DNA of 63,990 bases, counting the filler, from Octopus bimaculoides (lineage: Eukaryota), in NCBI RefSeq assembly GCF_001194135.2. It is 7 parts of 6 records of this genome, joined end to end, with 100 filler letters (N's around TTAATTAATTAA, not from the genome) between each part and the next. Parts side by side here need not be neighbours in the genome. Positions count along the whole stretch, not along the records: positions 23,329 to 33,277 come from NC_068982.1; positions 33,378 to 42,434 come from NC_068986.1; 5 more parts are not named here. One strand, 5' to 3'. Of the stretch, positions 27,511 through 39,249 are shown in pieces. Below the pieces are notes generated by a model. It had not been told where the DNA came from and made no database searches. It worked only from the letters and a program-made list of their open reading frames with translations. How positions within the stretch are numbered: position 1 is the first letter of the stretch; every line of letters starts with the position of its first letter. The translations under genes were made by a program, and so were the position numbers.

Positions 27511-28319
27511 TACTGTGTCACTAAACACTGAGTTGATAGATTTGCTCGAGACAACTTTTTGGAAAGAGTCTTTATTTATTACTACTGTTATTGGATCTAC
27601 AGTTAGATATCCTTTTATGCATAACAGATTGTTTTTATATGAAAATATTAAGAAAACACTGCAGGTAAGGGGTGTCAGCAATCTCAGACATTTTACTTCA
27701 AACTTTAATATAAGAAAGCCTAAATTTTGGAAACTTTGCATATCCCTCTTTTCTCACTTCTCTCATCCCTTTAACTCCCTACAATGTCATTCTCAAATGA
27801 AGTGCATTCTAATTAAGAGAAATATGAACAAAACTCAGTATCTGCAGTTTATAAATCTTAGAAACCTGGTTGCATTAGCCAAAAAAAATTGTCTCTTCAC
27901 TGTTGTCAAAAATTTTGAACCTGAACTAGGAATCTTTTGAAATACAGAATCCGAAAATGACGTCCCTTAATTACCATCACGTCAAGATTTCAATATACTG
28001 GATCCATAGAATTTCATTTTTTCTCAATAAAACAGCTTATGAGAAACAAAGCATAACATACAAACATATAGAGAAGTTGGCTTTTCTACAAAACCAGAAT
28101 GTTTTCTTAAAATTCTACTGAGAAACTAGTAAAAATCTTAACAAATTACATCGGTGTTTATACTCAATTTGCGTTTGGGTGATTATCTTAAATGCCGAAC
28201 CTCAGGAATATCCCGAACCTCAGGAATATCCCGAGCCATGTTCAAGTGGTAGTCCACTATCATAGGCAAGTCCCGTCTGCCATGATAGCTTTCTTGTATT
28301 GATGAGGAAGGGTGTTGAT

Positions 28320-28625
28320 TTGTAGTTAGGGTATTCGGCTCACCATCGTAAGGTCATGTGTGCGATTCCCGGCGGTGCGTTGTGTTCTTGAGCAAGACAC
28401 TTTATTTTTTGTTACTCCAGTCCACTCACCTAGCAAAATGAGTGGTACACGTAATTCAAAGGGCCAGCCATAACATATTTTGTGTCACGCTGAATCTACC
28501 TGAGAACAGCGTTAACGGTGCACGTGTCTGTGGCGTGCTCAGCCACTTGCACGTTTATTTCACGCACTGGCTGTTCGGTTGATCGTATCAACTTGATCCC
28601 TTGCCTACATAACCGACGAAGAGCT
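28320..28625 (+). mobile_element. tRNA-headed SINE (family C variant with a different central module)
   Basis: 3' half (AATTCAAAGGGCCAGCC...GTCACGCTGAAT...CTCAGCCACTTGCACGTT) is shared with 33379-33665 and 37392-37777. Confidence 0.75.
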
Positions 28626-29124
28626 AGGCCATTGATTTTATGACCCGATGGAAACGTTCTTTCTGCTCATCACTTGTGTCACGAAAATTTTCAAGGAATT
28701 TATCAAGATGACTGTGGAGATAATGCAGTTTTATGCTCGTATTTGCTCGTAACTTTTGAAAGTTCTCCAGTATTTTATCGACTATTTCGTCATAGCTGGC
28801 CGCTTTCGTGTTGTCTAGAAAGTCTTTTACAACTATTACAAATGAATTTCATGTTGCCGCTTCGATGCAATTCAATGAATTTACAAAGTTTCCATTTCCC
28901 ATCAATTATCTGATTAGAGGCCCATTAAATACTCCATATTTTATTTTTTCATTGTTCAGACCGGGAAATGTGCTGCAGATATAGTAAAAGCATTGTCCAT
29001 CTTTATCCAATGCTTTAAAAAATTGCTTTATAATGTTTTGATGTGAGATGGAGATAAGATTATTTTTTCGCGTTGAACTAAAGGCTCTTCAACCACATTT
29101 AAAAAATCCTGATCACATCACGGG

Positions 29125-29767
29125 AAAATCTTACATTGGAAGAGACAGATCCAGCTGGTTTCGTCCGGCGTCTCCTAACTCAGGATGTATGTGGGGTTCA
29201 TCACTTTGAGCCAGAGACAAAGAGACAATTCATGCAGTGGAAATACCCCTCCTCACCTGGTCTAAAGAAGGTCAAAGTCGTTTCATATACATGGAAGGTG
29301 ACGGTCTTAATTTTTGGGAAGCAAACGGTATTGTTCTTATTGACTATCTTCAAAAGGGCCACATCATCAGTGGAGAGTACTATGTCAAATTGCTGAGGCA
29401 GTAACGAAAGGCTATCAAAACCAAACGCCCAGAAAAACTGACGAAGTCCTTGGTTTCAATGGTTGCTGTACGTGACTGTGGCTTTGAAATGGTTGATCAC
29501 TGTCTTTATTCTTTGGATTTGGACTCATTTGACTATCAACTCTTCCTCAACATGAAAAACACTTGGCTGGGAACCAGTCATATCTGTTATTGATGAATTT
29601 TTTTACCAACAGGACGAAAGCTTCTTCACCAATGGGATCCAAGCACTGCAACAGCAACGGAAAAGGTTAGAAAACTGCAAGGGGTACTATGTTGAAAAAT
29701 AACCCACATTTGGTCACATTCCATGAGAACATTTTGGTCAGCCTATGAAGTTTTCAGCCGACCCTTA
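29125..29767 (+). mobile_element. mariner transposase fragment, degraded
   Basis: VHHFEPETKRQFMQWKYP; IDYLQKGHIISGEYYVKLL; GYYVEK*; TIR-like end. Confidence 0.88.
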
Positions 29768-31139
29768 TAAACCTTGACTAAACATGTTCAGCATCTTACC
29801 ATTTGTGGGTGAAATAATGATACCAGAAAAAAAAAAAGGAAAAGTTGATTCGAGAGAAAACTTAACTCATATCTTTATATATCTTTTTCCTAATTATAAT
29901 AACATAACATAGATTATAGTAAGATGTGGCGAGGCCGTTGTTCAGTTAATAATGGATCTCCAATCAACTACTGACAAAGAGCCCCCACCCCCGCTACAGC
30001 GTTTCAGTTAGTCAGATAGTTATGTAGAGATGCATCCACCTACAAGATTATTATGACAGACTATCTCAGCATTTTATCTGAAAATTTCACCACATCAGTT
30101 ACTTAATGCTCCGTTAATAGTGGAAAAAATCTGGTCTTTCATCGGGATAATGAGACTTCCCAAACTGCCAAAATCGAAAAGAGTTTAATGTTGTAGAATA
30201 ACTAGCAAACAGTTCGACGCGTTTACAACTAAGAACTTATGGCAGCTACTCAATGAATTCGTATGATCAAAGAATAACATTACTTTGGATGAATTGTAAA
30301 ACATTTATTAGAAAATATGAATGTTCAACCATTTTTACACAACGTTCTATCAATTTTACAGTTGGTAGATTTGTCCGCTTGAGAGTTAAATGCTTTAGAC
30401 AATTTGGTGTGTCAGTTACAGAAAAAGAACCAATATTTTCACCCTCTTGTTCTCCACTATCACTCACACACGTGCAAGTATGCATATATGTATATATGTA
30501 TATAATATATATATATATATANNNNNNNNNNNNNNNNNNNNNNNNNNNNNNNNNNNNNNNNNNNNNNNNNNNNNNNNNNNNNNNNNNNNNNNNNNNNNNN
30601 NNNNNNNNNNNNNNNNNNNNNNNNNNNNNNNNNNNNNNNNNNNNNNNNNNNNNNNNNNNNNNNNNNNNNNNNNNNNNNNNNNNNNNNNNNNNNNNNATAT
30701 ATATATATATATATATATACATACATACATACATACATATGAATATATATATATACATATATACATACATATGAATATATATATATATATACATATGTAT
30801 GAATATATATATACACACACGTACATACATACATATATATACATATGAATAAAAACATATATGTAAAAATATATATATGCATTCATACACATACACATAC
30901 ATATGTATGCATGTATGTATGTATGCATGTATGTATGTGGGAGGCATGAAGAGATTAGTAGTTAAAATAGACAGATATCGTTATGCAACTCTTGTCTGTA
31001 CACACACACACACACACACACACAAAATCACACACACACATACACAAAATCACACACATACACACACACACACGCACAAGCACACACAAACACACACTCA
31101 TACGTACATAGATATATAGATACCGATGTATCAGATCAC

Positions 31140-31817
31140 ACTTCGAAGACTATTCATTTGCAACCCAAGAGCAGGAGGTTGCCACAAGGTACTTAATAAA
31201 AATAGCGGACAATGAAGTCCTCAGAGCCCCTAGAATCAACCGAAAATGTCGATTATATCATATTTCTGTAGAAGACCTCACACATATGACCAACATCTGC
31301 CCAAAAATATCATTAAGATACTTCTTCCCAATGCGACAAAATGCAGTTAAAATATATAATGCCATCCGAAGATAGACTGCCCTGTCATACATACATACAT
31401 ACATAAACATCAAGGCGAAGGATTATAGTGGAACATTCCCGTCAAATTTTCAACCAGGTGCAAACATAACAGGCTGGATACAACTGTTTGAGACGTACGA
31501 GAAAAAGTATATGTACTGTCAATGGGGTCCGCTACCTTGTGATGTAAATCTCTCTTCGAAAGACAAGGAAAAAAGGGATAACTAAGAACAGTTGTTTCAA
31601 AACCTACAGTTTATATACCAAGGTTATATATTTACGTTATACCAATAATAGTTGTTATACTCGATTTCGTGAGTGAATGCCTAAGTGACCATCTGGAAAG
31701 TTAAGGTTTTCAGAAAGAAAAAGAAATTAACCAGCTAACATGGACATAAATTACAAACACAATCTATAAGTGGAACAGTAGAAATATGCAAGGCTTTTCT
31801 TAAGTTCAACATGTGAC
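31140..31817 (+). mobile_element. R4-like LINE 3' fragment (diverged subfamily)
   Basis: EDLTHMTNICPKISLRYFFPMR; WNIPVK..TRCKHN; KLQTQSISGTVEICKAFLKFNM*. Confidence 0.7.
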
Positions 31818-32762
31818 ATTGTTTTTACTACATACATTCCAACCATGGAGCGTTGTATGTTAGTTATAAATCAGCTCCTTCCTTACAGGAGGACTTCAAA
31901 TCATTAAAAGTAGAAGAGAACATACACACACACACATGTATATATGCATGTGATATATATGTGCGTGTGCTTGTATGTCTGTTTGTGCATACGCGTGCGT
32001 GTTTGTGTGCAGTGCGTAGGCGGGCGCGGGCGTATGTGTGCATGCGTGTGTATGTATGTTTCTATATAACATGTATACTGAAAGGTAAAAAAATAAAACA
32101 AAGTGTTTAGACAGGTAGAATTTTACAGATAAACTATTTTGTCATCTCTCATTTTTTATACCTTCTGTCATGAACTACAATATTAACATGCTACACCCCA
32201 GCAACACAATTCTCCCCTTTCCTACCTGGTGAATCCTACATGATCCTTCTAACTTTCTCTCAACCTTTAAACATTGTAACTCACTCTAATGTAGCCAGCC
32301 TCTCTTTTCACATTGTCATTTTACTCATCACTTTAACACTGTACAGCTATTCATACAAAATATTTCTTCCTATTTTTGATGTCGCTGTTTTATTTTCATT
32401 TTATATCTTACGATATCTTAGATTTTTCAATATGTCATACTATCGTTTTCTTCACTAATATCATCTAGTTCATTATCGTTTTCTTCACTTGTATCATCTT
32501 ATTTATTAATATTTTCTTTTCCTTATCGTTTTTTTTTTATCATTGTTTCCTTTGCCATATTGGCGTCTAAATTTTTACACCACATTCAACGTAGTCATAA
32601 TTATTAGCACTAATGTTACTACTTCCTTTGCACTATTCTTCCAGCTACGCCATCTCTGTATTTACAATGTATATATATCATGTATAGATATGCACGTGTA
32701 TGAATGTGTGTGAGTGTGCATATATATGCATACAGACATATACATGAATGCATATATATAGC

Positions 32763-32827
<65 letters not shown>

Positions 32828-32900
32828 TTCGTTATGTCTAAGCGAAATCATGTTTTTGTGTATACATGCATATGCATGTATATATATATATATGTATATA

Positions 32901-33277
32901 TCTCTTTTACTCTTTTACTCTTTTACTTGTTTCAGTCATTTGACTGCGGCCATGCTGGAGCACCGCCTTTAGTTGAATCAAATCGACCCAAGGACTTATT
33001 CTTTGTAAACCTAGTACTTATTCTATCGGTCTCTTCTGCCGAATCGCTAATTTACGGGGACCTAAACACACCAGCATCGGTTGTCAAGCAATATTGGGGT
33101 GGACAAACACAGACATACAAACATATACACACACACATACATACATATATATATACATATATACGACGGGCTTCTTTCAGTTTCCGTCTACCAAATCCAC
33201 TCACAAGGCTTTGGTCGGACCGAGGCTATAGTAGAAGACAGTTGCCCAAGGTGCCACGCAGTGGGACTGGACCCGGG
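32901..33277 (-). mobile_element. SINE family B copy with (GTAAAAGA)n tail
   Basis: GTCCCACTGCGTGGCACCTTGGGCAA...GGTAGACGGAAACTGAAAGAAGCCCG...GGCGGTGCTCCAGCATGGCCGCAG; matches 55158-55530 and 57465-57817. Confidence 0.85.
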
Positions 33278-33378
33278 NNNNNNNNNNNNNNNNNNNNNNN
33301 NNNNNNNNNNNNNNNNNNNNNTTAATTAATTAANNNNNNNNNNNNNNNNNNNNNNNNNNNNNNNNNNNNNNNNNNNNC

Positions 33379-33665
33379 GAAAACACCTAAAAGCTCCACG
33401 AGGCTCCGGCAGGGGATGTTGACGAACCCTGCTGTACTCTTCCACCACAACTTTCTCTCACTCTTACTTCCTGTTTCTGTTGTGCCTGAATTCAAAGGGT
33501 CAGCCTTGTCACACTGTATCACGCTGAATATCCCCGAGAACTACATTAAGGGTACACGTGTCTGTGGAGTCCTCAGCCACTTGCACGTTAATTACACGAG
33601 CAGGCTGTTCCGTTGATCGGATCGACTGGAACCCTCGACGTCGTAAGCGACGGAGTGCCAACAAC
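33379..33665 (+). mobile_element. SINE family C copy (head lies in the gap)
   Basis: High similarity to the reverse complement of 37392-37690; ends CGACGGAGTGCCA(ACA)n. Confidence 0.85.
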
Positions 33666-33939
33666 AACAATGAATTTATTATAAAGGTACAAAAATTTAA
33701 ATAAGATAAATATTCCTTTAGCTGATACCGGACATCAGACTTTTATTGACATTAGCTAAATAAGTAAATATATAACTTTTAGTCTAATACATTTTGAATT
33801 ATTATACTTTTTCTAAAAATCTTCTCTATTGGTAAACTACATATATTTTACCATAGTATTTTATTCCTTTTCTATGGTGTTCTGCTCAACTTGATTCTTT
33901 TATTTTATTTCTTTATTATTTTATAATTAGCTTTTATTT

Positions 33940-34630
33940 TATTCATGTGTGTGTGCGTGCGTGAGAGGGAGAGAGGGGTGAGGTGGAGTGTGTCTGGGAG
34001 CGTTGGTGCAACTAAGGGTGTAGGCTTTATGTGTGCGTGCACTGAGTACGTGTGCGGGCTTCGTGTGAGTGTGTGCGTATGTAGGAAAGTGCGTGTGTGC
34101 GTGTGTGCGTTAGTGCGTGTGTGCGTGTGCGCGCGAGCGCGAGGTGTACGTGTGTGCGTGCGTGTGCGCGCGCAGGTGTAGGTGTGCTGTGTGTGTGGTG
34201 TGTGGTAGGGTGTGAGTGTGATGTGCGGTTGTGTGTGAGGTATGTGTGTGTGCGCAGGTGTGTGTGCGCAGGTGTGTGTGTGTAGGTGTGTGAGTGGTGT
34301 GTGGTTGGTCTGAGTGTGGTGTGTGATAGGATGTGAGGGGCGTGTTGACAAATGTGTGTGTGTGTGTGTGTGTGTGTATACGGTGATGTTGTTATTAGTG
34401 TGTATATTTGTATGTTTGTGGGTGTGCGTGTGAATATGCGTGTATGTGTGATGTGTGTATATGTATATGTGCATATGAGTGTGGGGGGGGCCTTTATGTA
34501 GGTGTGTGTGTGGTCATGCATGTGCATGTGTGTGAGTGTGTATGGAAGTGTGTGTGGGTCGTGTATATATGTGTATGAGTGCGTGTGTATGAAGGTGTGT
34601 GTGTGTATGTGCATATACACACGGGCCAGT
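33940..34630. repeat. Degenerate (GT)n low-complexity block
   Basis: Direct inspection. Confidence 0.9.
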
Positions 34631-34635
34631 ATGTG

Positions 34636-36060
34636 TACATGAGATATGTGGATGACATTAACATCGTAGTCAAAACACCATCAAACATTCAGACTGAAGA
34701 GAACGAGAAGATCGTGATGGAAAACATCCAGAATATAGCTAATGCAATACACCAGAGCGTCAAAGTAACAATAGATTACCCAACAAGAAACCTAAACAAG
34801 AGACTCCCGGTACTTGACACAGAACTTTGGCTAGAAACAATTAACGACAAAGTTCAAATCCTACACTCACATTATATGAAACTTATATCTTCAAAGTATG
34901 TTATCTATAAGAATTCGGCTCTATCACACAGTGTGAAAATTAATATATTAATAGCCGATTTAGTCAGAATAATGAGAAACATATCCCCCTGTGCAGTCCC
35001 TTGGAGAGACAAAGGCATACACAAGACTTCATGCATCGCATGCAGTTTTCGGGATACAGCCAGAAAGATAGGATCCGAGTGTATAGAGGAGCTAGCAAGA
35101 AATTTGAGGAGATTGTTGTCAAAGATACAGATGGAACAGAACCTAGGTATCGTAATAAACAGTGGAATAGACTACAAAGAATTAGTGATAAAACAAACAG
35201 AAAGAACACGTGGTACGATACCGACAAGTTCCAAGGGGTAATGTTTATAGACGCCACACCACACGGAGAACTAACCCGCAGATTTAGAAAAATCCTCAAA
35301 AGTACTAAGTTGAAGATAAATGTCATAGAAAAACCAGGGAGATCCATTAGGTCGATAATATGCAAAACATACCCCTTCAGAAGGACAAGATGTGTAGAAG
35401 AGAATTGCATTGTGTGCAAAAATAGTCCTGGTGCCAACTGCAAAGCCAGAAATGTAGTCTACAAAATAAGCTGTATGGATGGTGAGTGTAAAAACAGAAA
35501 CACGACATACATAGGTGAAACGGCAAGAAGTTTGGCTGAGCGTGTAAACGAACATTGGAGGGACTATAATAATACGAAACANNNNNNNNNNNNNNNNNNN
35601 NNNNNNNNNNNNNNNNNNNNNNNNNNNNNNNNNNNNNNNNNNNNNNNNNNNNNNNNNNNNNNNNNNNNNNNNNNNNNNNNNNNNNNNNNNNNNNNNNNNN
35701 NNNNNNNNNNNNNNNNNNNNNNNNNNNNNNNNNNATGTGTTGTTCACACATATGATGCGGAATATGAACGTAAATAAATTAATTAAAACGTCTCTATCTG
35801 ATCTGATATAAACGAAATTGTTACAAACACACATATGGACGCACATACTTACATATAAGCACGAACACATAAGTGCGTGCGCACATATGAGCGTGCACAC
35901 ATACGAGCTTGCACACACTCACATGCTCATACCGAACAGTTTCGAAACAACGCCAAAACAACACCAAAACAACGCCAGATCATACATTCAAAATAAATGG
36001 AAGTGGAGAGACAAGTTACTGAAGAGATTGCAAGAGTGCAATGAAATAATTTAACAAAAA
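34636..36060 (+). mobile_element. Penelope-like element 3' half: RT (YVDD), thumb, GIY-YIG endonuclease, terminal repeat with HHR
   Basis: YMRYVDDINIVV; RLPVLDTELW; HYMKLISSKYVI; NVVYKISC...TYIGETARSLAERVNEH; one frameshift near 35000. Confidence 0.92.
36015..36055 (+). ncRNA. Minimal type I hammerhead ribozyme downstream of the PLE ORF
   Basis: GUUA-CUGAAGA-G-AUUGCA(AGAG)UGCAAU-GAAA-UAA-UU^UAAC; stem I 4 bp, stem II 6 bp, stem III minimal. Confidence 0.65.
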
Positions 36061-36360
36061 ACTATATAAATTAATAAAGGACTGAACCAGTGCGTGTGTT
36101 TATTACTGGCATAATGCCTCTCCCAAGGTTTAATTGTAAATACTATTTATAAATAAATAAAGGACCGAACCAGTGCATGTGCTTATTACTCCCATGTTTG
36201 ATAGTAAATAATAAACAATGAATTATTATAAGATAATAAGTGCAGGCGTTTCCAGAGCTAAACATTTGAAAGTTGTTCGCCCGGTTTAGCCTGTGACCGT
36301 CACTCATTCCCACGCAGTTTGTTGTTTCACTCTGCTTTCCCTTGCGAGAAAGATACACAT

Positions 36361-36447
<87 letters not shown>

Positions 36448-37275
36448 CATATATATATGTATGTATATGTATATTGATATATCCATACATACATATATAC
36501 ATACATATATACATACATACATACATACATACATACATACATACATACATACATACATACATACATGTATACACACACACATACTTTCAATTTTTTTCTA
36601 GGTCAACTATACTGTTTATCTCTTTGGCGGGATCGATGAACTAAAATACAAGACAGGTATTGGTATCTATTGTGTTGACTACCGTTTTCTTTCGAACGAA
36701 TTTACCCCAGGAATTATTCTTTTAAAGACTAGTACTTATTCTATCATATTTATTCTAACGTTGTAACTAACAACATTAACCTCACGACTACCTTTATTCA
36801 TGAAAATAAATGCATACATAAAAACATTTGAAGAGAAAATCGTGATGCCATAAAAGGGTACGTTTTGAACACAAAAGAAGCTGACTATTGTGTGAAGTGT
36901 GATAGAGGAAGATGAACGCTATCTTCTATCTTATTGTTCTTCGTCAACATCTATTTGAAAGGTGAAGAACTTATCCAAAGTTGTATGAGGTTTAGGATGC
37001 GTCGTCTCTTTGTACAAGCTCAGTGTAAGAACTGAACTCATTCTAGACTCTTCATGTAATTTTTACCCTACATTCACATATCATTCACACAAGTGTCACA
37101 GTCCCATTCCGAATTTAATGTAGATCTCTACGTGTGGAAAACTGATAAAGTTACTAGAGTCGTAGGCACAAGAGGGGAAGATTCATAGATTCTTCCCTTC
37201 TTGTGCCTCTGACCTAAGTTATAAAATCTCTACACTGTGCTTTCTCTGACGGAGACACACATACATACACACACG

Positions 37276-37310
<35 letters not shown>

Positions 37311-37391
37311 ACAAAATCACACACACAAACACAATCACGCACACATACATACATATATACATACATACATACATACATACATACGTACGTA

Positions 37392-37777
37392 CGCTTTGAA
37401 TGGCACTCCGTCGCTTACGACGTCGAGGGTTCCAGTTGATCCGATCAACGGAATAGCCTGCTCGTGAAATTAACGTGCAAGTGGCTGAGCACTCCACAGA
37501 CACGTGTACCCTTAACGTAGTTCTCGGGGATATTCAGCGTGACACAGTGTGACAAGGCTGGCCCTTTGAATTACAGGCACAACAGAAACAGGAAGAAAGA
37601 GTGAGAGAAAGTTGTGGTGAAAGAGTACAGCAGGGTTCGCCACCATCCCCTGTCGGAGCCTCATGGAGCTTTAGGTGTTTTCACTCAATAAACACTCAGA
37701 ACGCCCGGTCTGGGAATTGAAACCGCGATCCTATGACCGCGAGTCCGCTGCCCTAACCACTGGGCCATTGCCCCTCC
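37392..37777 (-). mobile_element. SINE family C, full-length, tRNA-derived head
   Basis: A box TGGCCCAGTGG, B-box-like GGTTTCAATTCC; body shared with 33379-33665. Confidence 0.88.
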
Positions 37778-37877
37778 ACACGTACGTACGTACATACGTA
37801 CATACATGCATACACATTCAGTCTCCGTGGCATCCAAAATATGTAACTACAGACATTGCCATCAATAAGGCTGTGAG

Positions 37878-38100
37878 CTGGCAGAGACGTTAGCACGCCG
37901 GGCGAAATGCTTAGCCGTATTTCGTCTGCCGTTACGTTTTGAGTTCAAATTCCGCCGAGGTCGACTTTGCCTTTCATCCTTTCGGGGTCGATAAATTAAG
38001 TACCAGTTACGAACTGGGGTCGATGTAATCGATTTAATCCCTTTGTCTGTCCTTGCTTGTCCCCTCCGTGTTTAGCCCCTTGTGGGCAATAAAGAAATAA
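37878..38100 (+). mobile_element. SINE family A, best-preserved copy
   Basis: GGCAGAGACGTTAGCACGCCGGGCGAAATGCTTAG...GAGTTCAAATTCC...; A-rich tail AATAAAGAAATAA. Confidence 0.85.
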
Positions 38101-38352
38101 CACATTGCCATCAAGATTGTTGTTGTACGTCAGTTATTCAAATGATGACAGATTGGTAGTGGGGTGGGCAAAGGTTGTATTATCCTTGCAAATTATATTG
38201 CTGTTATTTAGGCTGAAATCCATCCTCACTGACCTACGATCAAAGACATTTCTTTCAATTTTTAAACTACCTTATCTCTTACCGTTATCTAATATGTTGA
38301 TGCTGAAGATAAAGAATGATGGTGATAATTTGAAAAACAGAAACAGACAGGT

Positions 38353-38394
<42 letters not shown>

Positions 38395-38774
38395 GTAGAT
38401 AGATGGATAGATGGATGCATAGATAGAAAGATAGATAGATAGATATTGCTTCATATACATGATTCACATCTTTAAAAAGATTTCTCAATATCAACTTCCG
38501 GTATTAACGTTGCAACAGCGAAATTTTCCGTTTTCATTTGCGAAACCTCTCACTCTCTATTTCAATGGTTTAATTCGCTATTTGCAAACAACTACGATAA
38601 AATACTGAAAGAAATATTTACTAAGTTCATAAATTTCGCAAGAATCTGCTTACTTTGTTAATTCCCTTAAAATTTTTTTGTTTATTTACTTTTTGCGCGC
38701 CGTGTTCAGCTCTATGTATTTGTTGCCAGTCACACACGCACGTGTGTTTTAGTATGTACGTTTGTATACACTTA

Positions 38775-38830
<56 letters not shown>

Positions 38831-38946
38831 CGAAAAGTGGTGTGTTGTCATGTATACGTACATACGTATGCATACATCTTTTTGTATGTATGTGTGTGTA
38901 ACAGAGAGAGAGAGAGAGAGAGATATGTCTAAGTGGCTCTCTCTCA

Positions 38947-38986
<40 letters not shown>

Positions 38987-39249
38987 TACATACAAAAAAG
39001 ATGTATGCATATTTATGTATGTACGTATACATGACAACACACCTCTTCACTAGCTCTCTCACACATATACACACGTCCATTTCATCTGATGTTTGATACT
39101 TTATATATGCGTGTGCGCGCGTGCGTAAGGCGTTCCAAAATCACCATTTATTTCAATCGCTCTTGTGAAGATATTTTCATAACCCATGTTTTCATTTAAT
39201 CCCCATTTTAATTTTCAAAGAAGTTTCCGAAGATGTAGATGATCAGTAT

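Noticed and set aside
28195-28234. 18-bp direct duplication CCGAACCTCAGGAATATC; similar small duplications at 21230-21290 and 58685-58730
   Set aside because: Ordinary slippage duplications. There is no repeat-spacer architecture anywhere in the window, so no CRISPR array.
30210-30290. TAAACGCGTC on the minus strand resembling a PLE hammerhead 3' half; similar weak hits at 45-80, 1105-1160, 12230-12270 and 41985-42015
   Set aside because: Core and stems are too degenerate or truncated to support a call.
36240-36310. Minus-strand hairpin GCTAAAC...GTTTAGC followed by GAAAC
   Set aside because: No CUGANGA or valid NUH site, and it is antisense to the adjacent PLE.
25942-37777. tRNA genes
   Set aside because: All A/B-box segments are SINE heads or lie within the PLE repeat; none gives a complete cloverleaf with a Pol III terminator.
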